Shown piece by piece: positions 20,892 to 30,210 of a DNA stretch of 64,000 nt. The notes below the pieces were generated by a model, which saw only the letters and a list, made by a program, of their open reading frames with translations, ran no database searches and had not been told where the DNA came from. Location: NCBI GenBank assembly GCA_034667685.1, contig JAXDQU010000008.1, positions 1 through 64,000 of the forward strand, given 5' to 3'. Position numbers and translations under genes: made by a program. Source of the stretch: Thermoplasmata archaeon (lineage in GTDB: Archaea > Thermoplasmatota > SW-10-69-26 > JACQPN01 > JAJPHT01). The first letter of the stretch is position 1. Each line of letters begins with the position of its first letter.

Positions 20892-22970
20892 TCAGACGCG
20901 AAGCCTCACGACTTCGCCGCGCGCGACGGCATCGAGCACGCGTTCGCCCGCGTCGCTGCCGCGCGAGATGCGGATCTCGCCCTTGCCGCCCACGGTGGCG
21001 CTCATGACGACCTCGTCGTCCAGGACGACCTCGGCGCGCGTGCCCACGAGGCCGCGGTCGACCAGGAGCACGACGTTCTTCTTGCTCTTGCGCAGCTCGG
21101 GCGTGATCTCGGCGTAGCGGCGCTCGTCCGATCCCGAGTCCGCTTCCGATTCCTCTTCCGCGTCCTCGTCTTCGTCCACGCGCCCGGGCGCGTCGCGGCG
21201 CAGCGGACGGTCGGGGTCGAAGCGGCCCTTGGACTGGCCGAACGCCTTGGGCGACTTCCCACGCGCGCCGGCATCCCAGCCCTTCTTGCTGCTCATGGGC
21301 CTGATATCGAATTTGATGCCGAGGGCTTCCTCCATCTGGCGGACGTTGCTGCCGCCCTTGCCGATGAGGGCGGGGACGTCGCGCTCGGGCGCGTAGAGCG
21401 TGGCGCTGCCGTCGCTGGTCATCTGGACGTCGAAGGGCCCGTCGACCCAGCGGCGCAGGGCGTGCTTGAGCTGCTCGCCGGCGAGCTTGTCGCGCGCGCT
21501 TCCTCCGCGCGTGGCGTTGGCGCTCTCCAGGGGCATGACGACGACCTGCTCGCCGTAGGTGTAGATCTCGTGGGTGGCGTGCTTGGTGATGAAGTCGCGC
21601 ACGACGATGACGGGGCGCGCGAGGTCGGCTTCCGTCATGCCGGCGGGCGTCTTGACGGTGAACTGCATCTCCAGGACCTGCTGGACCTTGCCCTTCTCGA
21701 TGTGGATGACGGTGTCGACGACCTGCGGGATCATGCCCAGCTCGACGCGGCCGATGAGGCGTTGGACGGCGTCGATGGCGCGGTTGGCGTGCGTGACGCC
21801 CACGAGGCCCACGCCCGCGAGACGCATGTCGGCGAAGATCTCGAAGTCCGCGGTCTTGCGGACCTCATCGTAGATGACGTAGTCGGGGCGGACGAGGAGC
21901 AGCACGTCGCTGGTGAGCGCCATGTCGCGTTCGAGCGGCGCGTACTGCGTGATCTCGTCGCTGACCTGGAGGTCGCGCGGGCTCTCCATGGTCTTGATGA
22001 TGACGTTCTTCTGGCGGAGCCACTCGGCGACGGCGGTGACGAACGTGCTCTTGCCGCTGCCGGGCGCGCCGCTGACGAAGACGCCGCGCTGGTAGTCGGC
22101 GAGCCGGTCGCGCAGCTCGTCCGCGATGTGGTACTGCTCCAACGTGAGCTGGGCGACGGGGCGCACGGCGGTGATCTCGATGGCGTCGCTGAACGGGGGC
22201 TGCGCGATGGCGATGCGCATGTTGCCAAGCTGCACGACGGTGGCGCCCTCGCGCTCGATCTCGATGAAGCTGTCCGCGTCGCGCTTGGCGGCCTCGATGA
22301 TCTCGCGGCGCATGCGCGTCAGCTCGCGCATCTCCAGGGGCTTCTCGGAGAGCCGGACGAGCTTCTTGCCCGCGGGCGTCCCCTTCTTCGCGAGGGGGAC
22401 GACGTTCTGCTTGAGGTGGACGCTCATGGTCTCCTTGTCGAAGAAGCTCATGATGCGCAGGCTGCCGATGTCGGCCTCCCACTCCTTCGGGTCGGTGACG
22501 GGGCGGACCCACTCGACGTCGAGGCCCAGCGCGCGGGCGACGTGCGCCTGCACGCGGTCGCTCGTGAGGAGGCGCGCGCGGTGGTCGACCGCGACCTGGC
22601 GGATCATGGCGTCGATCTCCCCCGCCTTGGCCAGCTCGATCGCGTCGGGCGAGGGGCGCGGGCCGACGAACACCAGCTCCAGGTCGGCCGTCTCGCGCAG
22701 CTCCTGGAGCTTGACGACCTCGTCGAGCCCGGAGAAGCCCGACTCGCGGCCGCGGTTGGCCTGGAACTCCAGCTCCGCGATGCTGGCGTTGGCGATGTAG
22801 ATCGTCGCGCCGGCGAGGTCGCCGCGCTGGATGCGCGCGGTCAGGCGCCCATCGACCAGGACGCTCGTGTCGGGCACGAGGACCTGGGGTTCGGGCGGGC
22901 CGAGGTCACGCGGCGCGGACGAACCCGTGGCCCGTTCCGCGCGCTTCGCCGCTTTCTTCGCCGGAGGCAC
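20892..22970 (-). CDS. PIN-domain ATPase with KH domain (PINA / PINc-VapC ATPase)
   Basis: VPDTSVLVDG PIN start; Walker A GAPGSGKST; TMESPRDLQ, YDEVRK, GVTHA; KH motif LIGKGG; GTG start inferred. Confidence 0.92.
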   Translation of the reverse strand: MPPAKKAAKRAERATGSSAPRDLGPPEPQVLVPDTSVLVDGRLTARIQRGDLAGATIYIANASIAELEFQANRGRESGFSGLDEVVKLQELRETADLELVFVGPRPSPDAIELAKAGEIDAMIRQVAVDHRARLLTSDRVQAHVARALGLDVEWVRPVTDPKEWEADIGSLRIMSFFDKETMSVHLKQNVVPLAKKGTPAGKKLVRLSEKPLEMRELTRMRREIIEAAKRDADSFIEIEREGATVVQLGNMRIAIAQPPFSDAIEITAVRPVAQLTLEQYHIADELRDRLADYQRGVFVSGAPGSGKSTFVTAVAEWLRQKNVIIKTMESPRDLQVSDEITQYAPLERDMALTSDVLLLVRPDYVIYDEVRKTADFEIFADMRLAGVGLVGVTHANRAIDAVQRLIGRVELGMIPQVVDTVIHIEKGKVQQVLEMQFTVKTPAGMTEADLARPVIVVRDFITKHATHEIYTYGEQVVVMPLESANATRGGSARDKLAGEQLKHALRRWVDGPFDVQMTSDGSATLYAPERDVPALIGKGGSNVRQMEEALGIKFDIRPMSSKKGWDAGARGKSPKAFGQSKGRFDPDRPLRRDAPGRVDEDEDAEEESEADSGSDERRYAEITPELRKSKKNVVLLVDRGLVGTRAEVVLDDEVVMSATVGGKGEIRISRGSDAGERVLDAVARGEVVRLRV

Positions 22971-23053
22971 GCCCCCGGATCGGCGCGGGTCGGCTAAAGA
23001 CAATCGCCTCGTCCGTCGGCCCTGCCTCGGCTTCCGGTGCGGCCGCTGCGTCC

Positions 23054-23224
23054 TTACGGCTTCTCGCCCTTGTCCATCAGGCGGCCCTGGGCCTCCTTGC
23101 CGTCGGCGGCCGTCTCCTGGAGGCGTCCCTTCTGCTTGCGCTCCGGGTCGTTCGTCAGGTCGCCCACGACCTCGTTGGCCTTGCCCTTGACGCGCTGCCA
23201 CGCGCCGCTTTCCTCTTCGGTCAT
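23054..23224 (-). CDS. CsbD-like stress protein
   Basis: WQRVKGKANEVVGDLTND..KQKG..Q pattern. Confidence 0.75.
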   Translation of the reverse strand: MTEEESGAWQRVKGKANEVVGDLTNDPERKQKGRLQETAADGKEAQGRLMDKGEKP

Positions 23225-23586
23225 GCGGCCGAGCTTGGCGGCGAGCCCGGTTGATGGCTCTGGCCGATCGCTCCATGCGTGAGCGTCGCCACGAGGACGA
23301 GCGCCCAGAGGAGCAGCGCCACGCCGGCGAGCAGCAGCCCGATCCGCGACGCGCGGTGCGCCTTGCGTTCCGGGCTCGCGCGCGCGTACACGACCACCGC
23401 GGCCAGCGCGACCAACGGCGTGCCCCACAGGACGTAGGGCGTCGCGACGAGCCCCGCCGTCCGATCCCTCGTCACGAGCGGCGCCAGGATGAAGCCCAGC
23501 GCGATGGGCGCGTTCGCCACCAGCGCGAGCGCGAGCACCTTGCCCGGCGTGGTGTCGGTCTGGAGCGCCTTGCGTCCGCGGGCCAT
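23221..23586 (-). CDS. Small membrane protein (about 3 TM)
   Basis: Three hydrophobic segments; stop overlaps the next ATG. Confidence 0.65.
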   Translation of the reverse strand: MARGRKALQTDTTPGKVLALALVANAPIALGFILAPLVTRDRTAGLVATPYVLWGTPLVALAAVVVYARASPERKAHRASRIGLLLAGVALLLWALVLVATLTHGAIGQSHQPGSPPSSAA

Positions 23587-23590
23587 GCGT

Positions 23591-24076
23591 TCACCCCGCG
23601 GCGTGCTTGCCGCGGCGCTTGGGATCGTGGGCCTCGTCGCGGCAGTGCGTGCAGATGTCGAGCTCGCACTTCGCGCAGGTCGTGAAGCAGGCGCTGCACG
23701 TGGGATACTGGCAGTCGTCGCACCAGTCCATGTGCTCGGGGCACAGGCTGCGCACCTTGCACGTCTCGCACGTCTCGAAGCAGCGCCGGCAGCCCACCTT
23801 CTTGCACTGCTCGCAGTCCACGAGGCAGCGCGGGCACGTCGCCTCCTGGCAGGCGGAGCAGACGGCCGTGCACGCGGCGCACGTCTTGTCGTGGCAGGTG
23901 CGGCACTTGGCGAGCTCGCCGTAGAGCGCCTCCTTGCCGCACGACTCGCAGCGGTAGATCAGCTCCTCCAGGTGCAGCCGCGGCCGCGCGCCCTCGGCCC
24001 GCAGCTCCGCGCCGCACGCGGGACAAAAACGCATCGCCTCGGTGACGGCCCCGCCACAGGCCGTGCAATGACCCAT
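23591..24076 (-). CDS. Cys-rich multi-CxxC zinc-binding protein
   Basis: N-terminal zinc ribbon (CTAC...FCPACG), then about six 15-aa CxxC-x4-CxxC units. Confidence 0.75.
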   Translation of the reverse strand: MGHCTACGGAVTEAMRFCPACGAELRAEGARPRLHLEELIYRCESCGKEALYGELAKCRTCHDKTCAACTAVCSACQEATCPRCLVDCEQCKKVGCRRCFETCETCKVRSLCPEHMDWCDDCQYPTCSACFTTCAKCELDICTHCRDEAHDPKRRGKHAAG

Positions 24077-24289
24077 GGAATCGGCCTACCCTGCTCATCG
24101 GATAAAAGCTTCTTCGGGCGGGGTGCGCGGCTCGGGCCCCGGCTCCGATGCGCCGACCGAGAGCCCGGCGCTTTGGAGGCATTCAGGCGGAGCCGGGGCC
24201 CGCGAGGGCGCCGCTGCAAGATCCATCCTGCAAATGGTCTTCTCGGCGCGCTCCATCGTGCGTCGGGCGCTCGCGCCCAGGAACATTCC

Positions 24290-24643
24290 ATGCGAAGGAC
24301 TCTCGTCGTCTCCCTCTTCCTGCTTGCCGCCGCGTTCGTCGCGATCGTGCCTTCGGCGTCCGCGCTCGGATGCAGCACTGACCTTTCCGATGCCTCGTGC
24401 GCCGCAGGCTGCGCCGACGCCGCCCCGACCTGTGGCCTCGTGCCCGCGTCCCCCGTGCAGATCCAGACCTGCTTCTCCCCGGCGAACGCGCTGTCGGCGC
24501 CGGTCCCCGGCGGGGCGTGCGGCGGCGTGGGCGGCGGCGAGCCCGCGAGCATCATCTGGCTCGACTGCAATCACGTGGGCGGCGGCGTCTACTCGTGCTG
24601 GCTCTACACGGACTCGGGTGGCTGGACCCACTTCTGGATGTGA
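24290..24643 (+). CDS. Small secreted Cys-rich protein
   Basis: MRRTLVVSLFLLAAAFVAIVPSASA signal peptide; about 8 Cys in the mature part. Confidence 0.65.
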   Translation: MRRTLVVSLFLLAAAFVAIVPSASALGCSTDLSDASCAAGCADAAPTCGLVPASPVQIQTCFSPANALSAPVPGGACGGVGGGEPASIIWLDCNHVGGGVYSCWLYTDSGGWTHFWM

Positions 24644-24661
24644 GCCCGCCTTAGCATCGCA

Positions 24662-26527
24662 TCAGTCGCGCGCCCGCTCGTCGTCGAACCCGAGGCGCTT
24701 GCGCGCGGCCTGCCAGCGCTCCTTGAACGTGCGCGGGGCGAGGAATCCGTCGGCGCGCTCTTCCTCCGCGAGGAGGCGGCGCTCGACGCCCACGAGGTCG
24801 GTGCGCGTGAGGATGCCCACGAGCCTGCGGCGGTCCTTGGCGTCCACCACGGGGAGGTGGCCCACGTCGAGGTGCACCATCTCGGTGAGGGCCTCGTGGG
24901 CGCTCGCTTCGCGCGTGACGATGCTCGGGTCGGGCGTCATGAACTCGCGGACGGGCTTGTCGAGGTCGTCGTCCTTGACCTTCCTGCGCATGTCCGTGCT
25001 CGTCATGATGCCCACGAGCCTGCTCTCGGCGTCGACGACGGGATAGCCCTGGTGGCCGGTGGCGAAGCGCTTCTCGACGAGCGCGCGCACGGGCGCGTCC
25101 TCGCGCACGGTCTCCACGGGCGCGGACATGATCTCGCCCACGGTGACGAGGTCGAGGATGTTGGCGCTCGCGTCGGCCTCCAGGCTGCGCTCGCCGGCGT
25201 GCCCGCCGCGGAAGTAGGCGGGGGAGCCGTAGGCCTTGGCGAGGGCGTCGGCGACGACGATCGCGATCATGAGCGGGATGACGATGCTGAAGCTGTGCGT
25301 CATCTCGTAGAGCATGACGAGCGCGGTGAGGCTCGCGCGCGTGACGGCGGCGTAGACGGCCGCCATGCCCACGAGCGCGTAGGCGCCCGCGGTGCCCGTC
25401 CAGGTGGGGAAGGCGATGTGGACGAGCGCGCCGAAGATCCCGCCCAGCGCGCTGCCCAGGAAGAAGCTCGGGCTGAAGGCGCCGCTGGAGCCCGACGAGC
25501 CGCGCGTGATGGCGTAGGCGACGAGCTTGGCGAGGACGACGCCCGCGAGGAGCGTGACGACGAAGTTGCCTTGCAGCACCTCCTCGACGGTCTCGTAGCC
25601 CACGCCGAAGACCTGCGGCGCCAGGAAGCCCACGAGGCCGATGAGCAGGCCGCCCCAGACGTGCGCGAGCCACTCGGGGCCCGGCAGGCTGGCGAAGAGC
25701 ACGTCGGAGGCCGCGAGCAGGCGTGATAGCAGGATGGCGAGCAGGCCGCAGAGGATGCCCAGCAGCACGTAGAGGAACAGCTCGCGGCCGCTGACCAGCT
25801 CGTAGGCGGGGATGGGGAACGCGGGCTGGTCGCCCAGGAAGTGCGTCGCGACGAGCGTGCCCATCGCGCTCGCCACGGTGAGCGGGATGAAGGCGCGCGT
25901 GCTCCACTCCAGGAGGATGACCTCCATGGCGAAGATGACGCCGGCGATGGGCGTGTTGAACGTCGCGCCGATGGCCGCCCCGCCGCCAGCGGCGAGCAGG
26001 AGCTTGCGGTGCCGCGCGCTGGCGCCCACGGCCAGGCTCGCGACCATCGCCAGCGCGGCGCCAAGCTGCACCATCGCCCCTTCGCGCCCCGCGCTGCCGC
26101 CCGTGCCCACCGAGAGGATCGTGCCCGTCGCGTGCCCGACGACCTTGCGCGGAGAGACCTCGCCGCGCTGCATCGCGACGCTGCGCACCACCTCGCTGCT
26201 GCCGCGGATGCGGTGGTCCTGCGAAAGGAATCGGACGACGACGTACGCCAACAGCGCGCCCACGGCGGGCACGAAGACGATCCAGAGGCCCAGCGCGTTG
26301 TCCACCGGGCTGCGGAACGTCAGGTCGACCTCGTCGCGGAACGCCACGTTCGTCACGAAGGCGATCGCGAGGCGCACGCCCACCGCGATCAGGCCCGTGC
26401 ACGCGCCGATCAGCGCCGCCAGGAGGCTCGTCTCGGCCAGGTCGCGCAGGTACGCGGTGCCCGTCAAGGGACCCCGCGTCGTGCGCGCCACGCCGGCCAT
26501 CACGCGGGCATTGCGGGGGGCCGGCAT
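24662..26527 (-). CDS. CLC family chloride channel/antiporter with CBS domains
   Basis: GGSAGREGA, FNTPIAGVIFAME, GAFSP, C-terminal CBS pair; start uncertain (26500-26542). Confidence 0.92.
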   Translation of the reverse strand: MPAPRNARVMAGVARTTRGPLTGTAYLRDLAETSLLAALIGACTGLIAVGVRLAIAFVTNVAFRDEVDLTFRSPVDNALGLWIVFVPAVGALLAYVVVRFLSQDHRIRGSSEVVRSVAMQRGEVSPRKVVGHATGTILSVGTGGSAGREGAMVQLGAALAMVASLAVGASARHRKLLLAAGGGAAIGATFNTPIAGVIFAMEVILLEWSTRAFIPLTVASAMGTLVATHFLGDQPAFPIPAYELVSGRELFLYVLLGILCGLLAILLSRLLAASDVLFASLPGPEWLAHVWGGLLIGLVGFLAPQVFGVGYETVEEVLQGNFVVTLLAGVVLAKLVAYAITRGSSGSSGAFSPSFFLGSALGGIFGALVHIAFPTWTGTAGAYALVGMAAVYAAVTRASLTALVMLYEMTHSFSIVIPLMIAIVVADALAKAYGSPAYFRGGHAGERSLEADASANILDLVTVGEIMSAPVETVREDAPVRALVEKRFATGHQGYPVVDAESRLVGIMTSTDMRRKVKDDDLDKPVREFMTPDPSIVTREASAHEALTEMVHLDVGHLPVVDAKDRRRLVGILTRTDLVGVERRLLAEEERADGFLAPRTFKERWQAARKRLGFDDERARD

Positions 26528-26548
26528 GAAGGGCGCTCCCACGCGCCG

Positions 26549-26611
26549 GGGCTCGGGGCTCTGGACTCGGGGCTCCGGAGCCCCGAGTCCTGAGTCCAGA
26601 GCCCCGAGCCC
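26549..26611. repeat. Palindromic REP-like repeat, copy 1 (copy 2 at 33967)
   Basis: gggctcggggctctggactc ... gagtccagagccccgagccc. Confidence 0.85.
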
Positions 26612-26658
26612 AAGCGCCCGGCGATGCCTTCATGATGCAATCCCCGTCTCGCCGCGCC

Positions 26659-27138
26659 ATGCAGAGCCCCGGCCACAGCAGCGAGTTCGAGACGGTGGAC
26701 CCCGCGCCCCTGGCGCCCGAGACCACCGTGCCGGAGCTGGAGGCGCGGCTCTTCGACACCAGGCTCAGCATGTTCCAGCGCTATCGCGCGCTCTTCTCGC
26801 TGCGGCACGTGGGGACCGAGGACGCGATCCGCGTGATCGCCCGGGCGATGTTCGAGGACGAGAGCGCGCTGGTGCGCCACGAGGCGGCCTACGTGCTCGG
26901 GCAGCTCCAGGGCGCGAAGGCGATCCCGTTCCTCGCGCGCCAGCTGGAGGAGGACCCCTCGCCGATGGTGCGCCACGAGGCGGCCGAGGCGCTGGGCAAC
27001 ATGTGGGACCAGACGGAGAAGGTCATCCCGATCCTGGAGAAGGCGCGCCAGCACGACCCGGCGCGCGAGGTGCGCGAGAGCTGCGAGGTGGCGCTCGACA
27101 ACATCGCGTACCTGAAGGACCCGACCCAGTTCGACTGA
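26659..27138 (+). CDS. HEAT-repeat protein resembling one half of deoxyhypusine hydroxylase (DOHH)
   Basis: VDPAP, RYRALFSLR, SALVRHEAAYVLGQ, PMVRHEAAEALG, VRESCEVALD. Confidence 0.75.
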   Translation: MQSPGHSSEFETVDPAPLAPETTVPELEARLFDTRLSMFQRYRALFSLRHVGTEDAIRVIARAMFEDESALVRHEAAYVLGQLQGAKAIPFLARQLEEDPSPMVRHEAAEALGNMWDQTEKVIPILEKARQHDPAREVRESCEVALDNIAYLKDPTQFD

Positions 27139-27186
27139 TACTCTCTAACGAGAAACGAAAAGCGGCGCGCGCCCGTCGAAGCGCGC

Positions 27187-27654
27187 ATGATGGGACGCCC
27201 CCTCCTCGTCATGCTGGCGCTCGCCGCGCTCCCCCTCGCCACGGCCGCGCCGCCCGAGGTGTACGCCGGCGAGGGGCCGCTCCACGGCAAGGCGTACTTC
27301 GACCCGCAGCTCACGTACGACGTCGCCTACACAGAGCCGGGCTCGACGGGCTGCGTCGCCCCGGTCTACCTCCAGTGCATCGTGGAGGGGCAGGTCACCG
27401 ACATCAAGTGGATCCGCATCGACATCGAGGGCAAGGGGAGCGCGGACTTCTTCGCCGACGCCGGCGCCAACACGCCCACCCTCGCCTACGGCTCGTGCGC
27501 CTCCACGCTGACCTACGCGATGTGCATCTTCCCGCTCCGGCACGAGACGTGGGGCAATCTCCGCATGGTCGTCGACTCCACCAACGGCCAGGCGGGCACC
27601 GTCATCTCCGTCTACGCGGAGTCGGGCGCGACGCTCTTCGGGCAGATGCTGTAG
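27187..27654 (+). CDS. Secreted hypothetical protein
   Basis: Signal peptide ending ATA, 4 Cys, host-like codons. Confidence 0.65.
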   Translation: MMGRPLLVMLALAALPLATAAPPEVYAGEGPLHGKAYFDPQLTYDVAYTEPGSTGCVAPVYLQCIVEGQVTDIKWIRIDIEGKGSADFFADAGANTPTLAYGSCASTLTYAMCIFPLRHETWGNLRMVVDSTNGQAGTVISVYAESGATLFGQML

Positions 27655-27815
27655 GGTCACGCGAGGGAGCCGCAGTCCGAGCAGACCAGGCCGCGGCATT
27701 GGCCCATCTCGCAATCGGCGGGCAGGATCGGCGCACGACAGCAGCGCGAAAGCATCGGACGAAGGAAGCTGCCGCGCCATCTTGGGCGCGAACGGGGGGC
27801 CCCGCCGAATCTACC

Positions 27816-28787
27816 TCAGAACCCGCGCGTCCGGGCCCAGCCGTTGAGCGCCAGGAGCGTGCGCTTGGCGTCGGTCTCCGGCAGGGGCGCGAGCGCGTCG
27901 GCGGCGGCCTTGGCGTGCTCGTCGCGCAGCGCCTCGGCGGCGGCGAGCGCCCCGCACGCGCGCATGGCGTCCACCGCGGCGCGGACCTGCGCGTCGGTCG
28001 CGTCGTGCCGGCCCAGCGCGGCGCGGATCGTCTCGCGCTGACGTCCGTCGGCGCGGGCCAGCGCCTCCAGCACGAGGATGGTGCGCTTGCCGGCGCGCAC
28101 GTCGCTGCCCCACGGCTTGCCCATCTTCTCGCTGGGCGCCGTGACGTCGAGCAGGTCGTCGGCGATCTGGAACGCCATGCCGAACGCCTCGCCGAAGCGG
28201 TCCAGCGATTCGATGTGGGGCCGGCTTGCCCGGCGGTGCGCGAGCGCACCGCCGTGGCAAGCCGCCGCAAACAAGATGGCAGTCTTGCCGCGGATCATGT
28301 CGAGGTACGCCGCGACGGTGACGTCGTTCTCCCTCTCGAACGCGACGTCCATCGCCTGCCCCTCGCAGAGCCGGCGGATCGCGGTGGAGAGCAGGCGGCT
28401 CGCCTCCTGGTGCGCGGCCGGGTCGGGGATGCGCGCGAGCACCTCGAAGGCGCGCGCGAAGAGCACGTCGCCCGCGAGGATCGCCGTCGCCTCGTCCCAC
28501 TTCGTGTGCACCGTCTGGCGGCCGCGTCGCGTCGCGTCGCGGTCCATGATATCATCGTGCACGAGGCTGAAGTTGTGCACCAGCTCGACGGCCAGCGCGA
28601 CGGGGAGCGCGTCGTCCGCGCTGCCCCCCGCGGCCTCGCACGCCAGGAGCGCCATGATCGGGCGCAGGCGCTTGCCGCCGGCCTCGGGGTACCACATGGT
28701 CGCGTCGTGCAGCGCCTGCGGCCGGATGCCGTCGAAGCACGATGGCAGGGCCTGGTCCACGACCTTCCGATGGCTTTCCAGATTCAA
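27816..28787 (-). CDS. idsA: Geranylgeranyl diphosphate synthase (archaeal short-chain prenyltransferase)
   Basis: GGKRLRP; FARM NFSLVHDDIMD with Phe at -5; RRG, GQAMD, KTA; SARM FQIADDLLD; overlaps the RNase J stop. Confidence 0.92.
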   Translation of the reverse strand: MNLESHRKVVDQALPSCFDGIRPQALHDATMWYPEAGGKRLRPIMALLACEAAGGSADDALPVALAVELVHNFSLVHDDIMDRDATRRGRQTVHTKWDEATAILAGDVLFARAFEVLARIPDPAAHQEASRLLSTAIRRLCEGQAMDVAFERENDVTVAAYLDMIRGKTAILFAAACHGGALAHRRASRPHIESLDRFGEAFGMAFQIADDLLDVTAPSEKMGKPWGSDVRAGKRTILVLEALARADGRQRETIRAALGRHDATDAQVRAAVDAMRACGALAAAEALRDEHAKAAADALAPLPETDAKRTLLALNGWARTRGF

Positions 28788-30148
28788 GGCTTCCCACCGA
28801 GCTTGTGCTTCTGGCCGTTGCGCAGGATGTGCACGCTCTCGTTGAGGCGATAGCCTTCGCCGGTGGCAAGCTCCACGAACTCGCTCTGGAGGTCGATGCC
28901 GCCGTGGTTGGGGAAGAGGTGCGTGGGCTGCACGAGGCGCAGGAGCTCCTGGTGGTCGACCTTGCTCGCGTGGCCCGAGACGTGCGCGCCCTTGATGATC
29001 CGCGCGCCGCGCATCTTCAGCTTGGTCTCCAGCACGTAGCGGTTGGCGACGTTCTGCGGGTGCGGGATCGTGTTCGCGCTGAAGATGACCTCGTCGTTCT
29101 TCTCGACCTTGTAGTCGAACTCGCCCGAGGCCAGGCGCGGCAGGAAGCTGTCGGGCTCGCCCTGGTGGCCCGTGCCGATGAGCAGGAACTGGTCGCGGTC
29201 CTTGGCGACGCGCTTCAACGCCTGCGCCGTGGCGCGCGAGTGGCCCGCGATCTCCGTGGTGGCCGGAAGCTGGATGAGGCCCAGGTCGCGCGCGAGGCTC
29301 GTGTACTTGTCCATGCTGCGGCCCAGCAGGAGCGGCGTGCGGCCCAGCTCGTCGGCGAACTCGCAGATGCTCTGGAGGCGCGCGATGTGGCTGCTGAACG
29401 TGGTGACCACGATGCCGGCGCCCTCGTTCTCGACGCCGAAGAGGAAGTCGGCGAGCATGTCGCGCGCCACCGTCTCGCTGGGCGTCTTGGTCTCCTTGCC
29501 CGCGTTGGTGCTCTCGATGACCATCGCCGCGACGCCCTCGTTGGCGAGGCTGCGGAAGCGCTTGTAATCGGGCTTCTTGCCGATCACGGGCGCGTTGTCG
29601 AGCTTGTAGTCGGCCGCGTAGACGATCGCGCCCGCGTCCGTGTGCAGCACGGGGATGGCGCTCTGGACGATGCTGTGCGTGACGTGCACCAGCTCCAGCC
29701 CGATCGACTTGGAGATGGGCAGACGCTCGCCGGTGGGAAGCTCCACGAGCTTGTTGGGGATGAGGCGGCGCTTCTTGCCGCCCTTCTCGAAGTGCGTCGT
29801 CTGGTTCTCGATGAAGCGGATCGTGTAGGGCGTGCCGTAGATGGGCGCGTCGGGGAAGTGCCCCGCGAGCTTGGGCACGGCGCCCACGTGGTCGAGGTGC
29901 GCGTGGCCGATGACGATGGCGACGACCTTGGCGCCGAGGTCCTTGAGCACCGAGTCGTCGGGGATGGCGCCCAGGCGCTGGAGGTCGACGGGGTGCATCT
30001 CATCGAACACGTTCTCCTCGTCGAGAAGGATCCGGTCGAGCCGGATGCCCATGTCGAGGATGACCGCTTCCCGTCCGATCCGGATGCAGGTCATGTTGCG
30101 CCCGAAGTCGCTGTATCCGCCCACGGGGCGGATCTCGATGTCTGCCAT
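28784..30148 (-). CDS. rnj: Archaeal ribonuclease J (beta-CASP metallo-beta-lactamase)
   Basis: VGGYSDFGRNMT, HAHLDHVG, THSI, ESTN, TTFSSHIAR, TGHQGEP, HVSGH. Confidence 0.92.
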   Translation of the reverse strand: MADIEIRPVGGYSDFGRNMTCIRIGREAVILDMGIRLDRILLDEENVFDEMHPVDLQRLGAIPDDSVLKDLGAKVVAIVIGHAHLDHVGAVPKLAGHFPDAPIYGTPYTIRFIENQTTHFEKGGKKRRLIPNKLVELPTGERLPISKSIGLELVHVTHSIVQSAIPVLHTDAGAIVYAADYKLDNAPVIGKKPDYKRFRSLANEGVAAMVIESTNAGKETKTPSETVARDMLADFLFGVENEGAGIVVTTFSSHIARLQSICEFADELGRTPLLLGRSMDKYTSLARDLGLIQLPATTEIAGHSRATAQALKRVAKDRDQFLLIGTGHQGEPDSFLPRLASGEFDYKVEKNDEVIFSANTIPHPQNVANRYVLETKLKMRGARIIKGAHVSGHASKVDHQELLRLVQPTHLFPNHGGIDLQSEFVELATGEGYRLNESVHILRNGQKHKLGGKP

Positions 30149-30210
30149 GCTGGTCGCGGCAAGCCGGCCCTCGCGTTTGAGCGTGTCGGACAAAGCGGAG
30201 GCATTCATGT

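Noticed and set aside
20837-20912. 21-bp repeat with 34-bp spacer as a mini CRISPR array
   Set aside because: Only two units, one is the coding end of PINA, and there are no cas genes or leader
24662-26527. Fluoride-specific CLC-F
   Set aside because: Lacks the GNNLI/GMGLI, GREGT and GEVTP signatures
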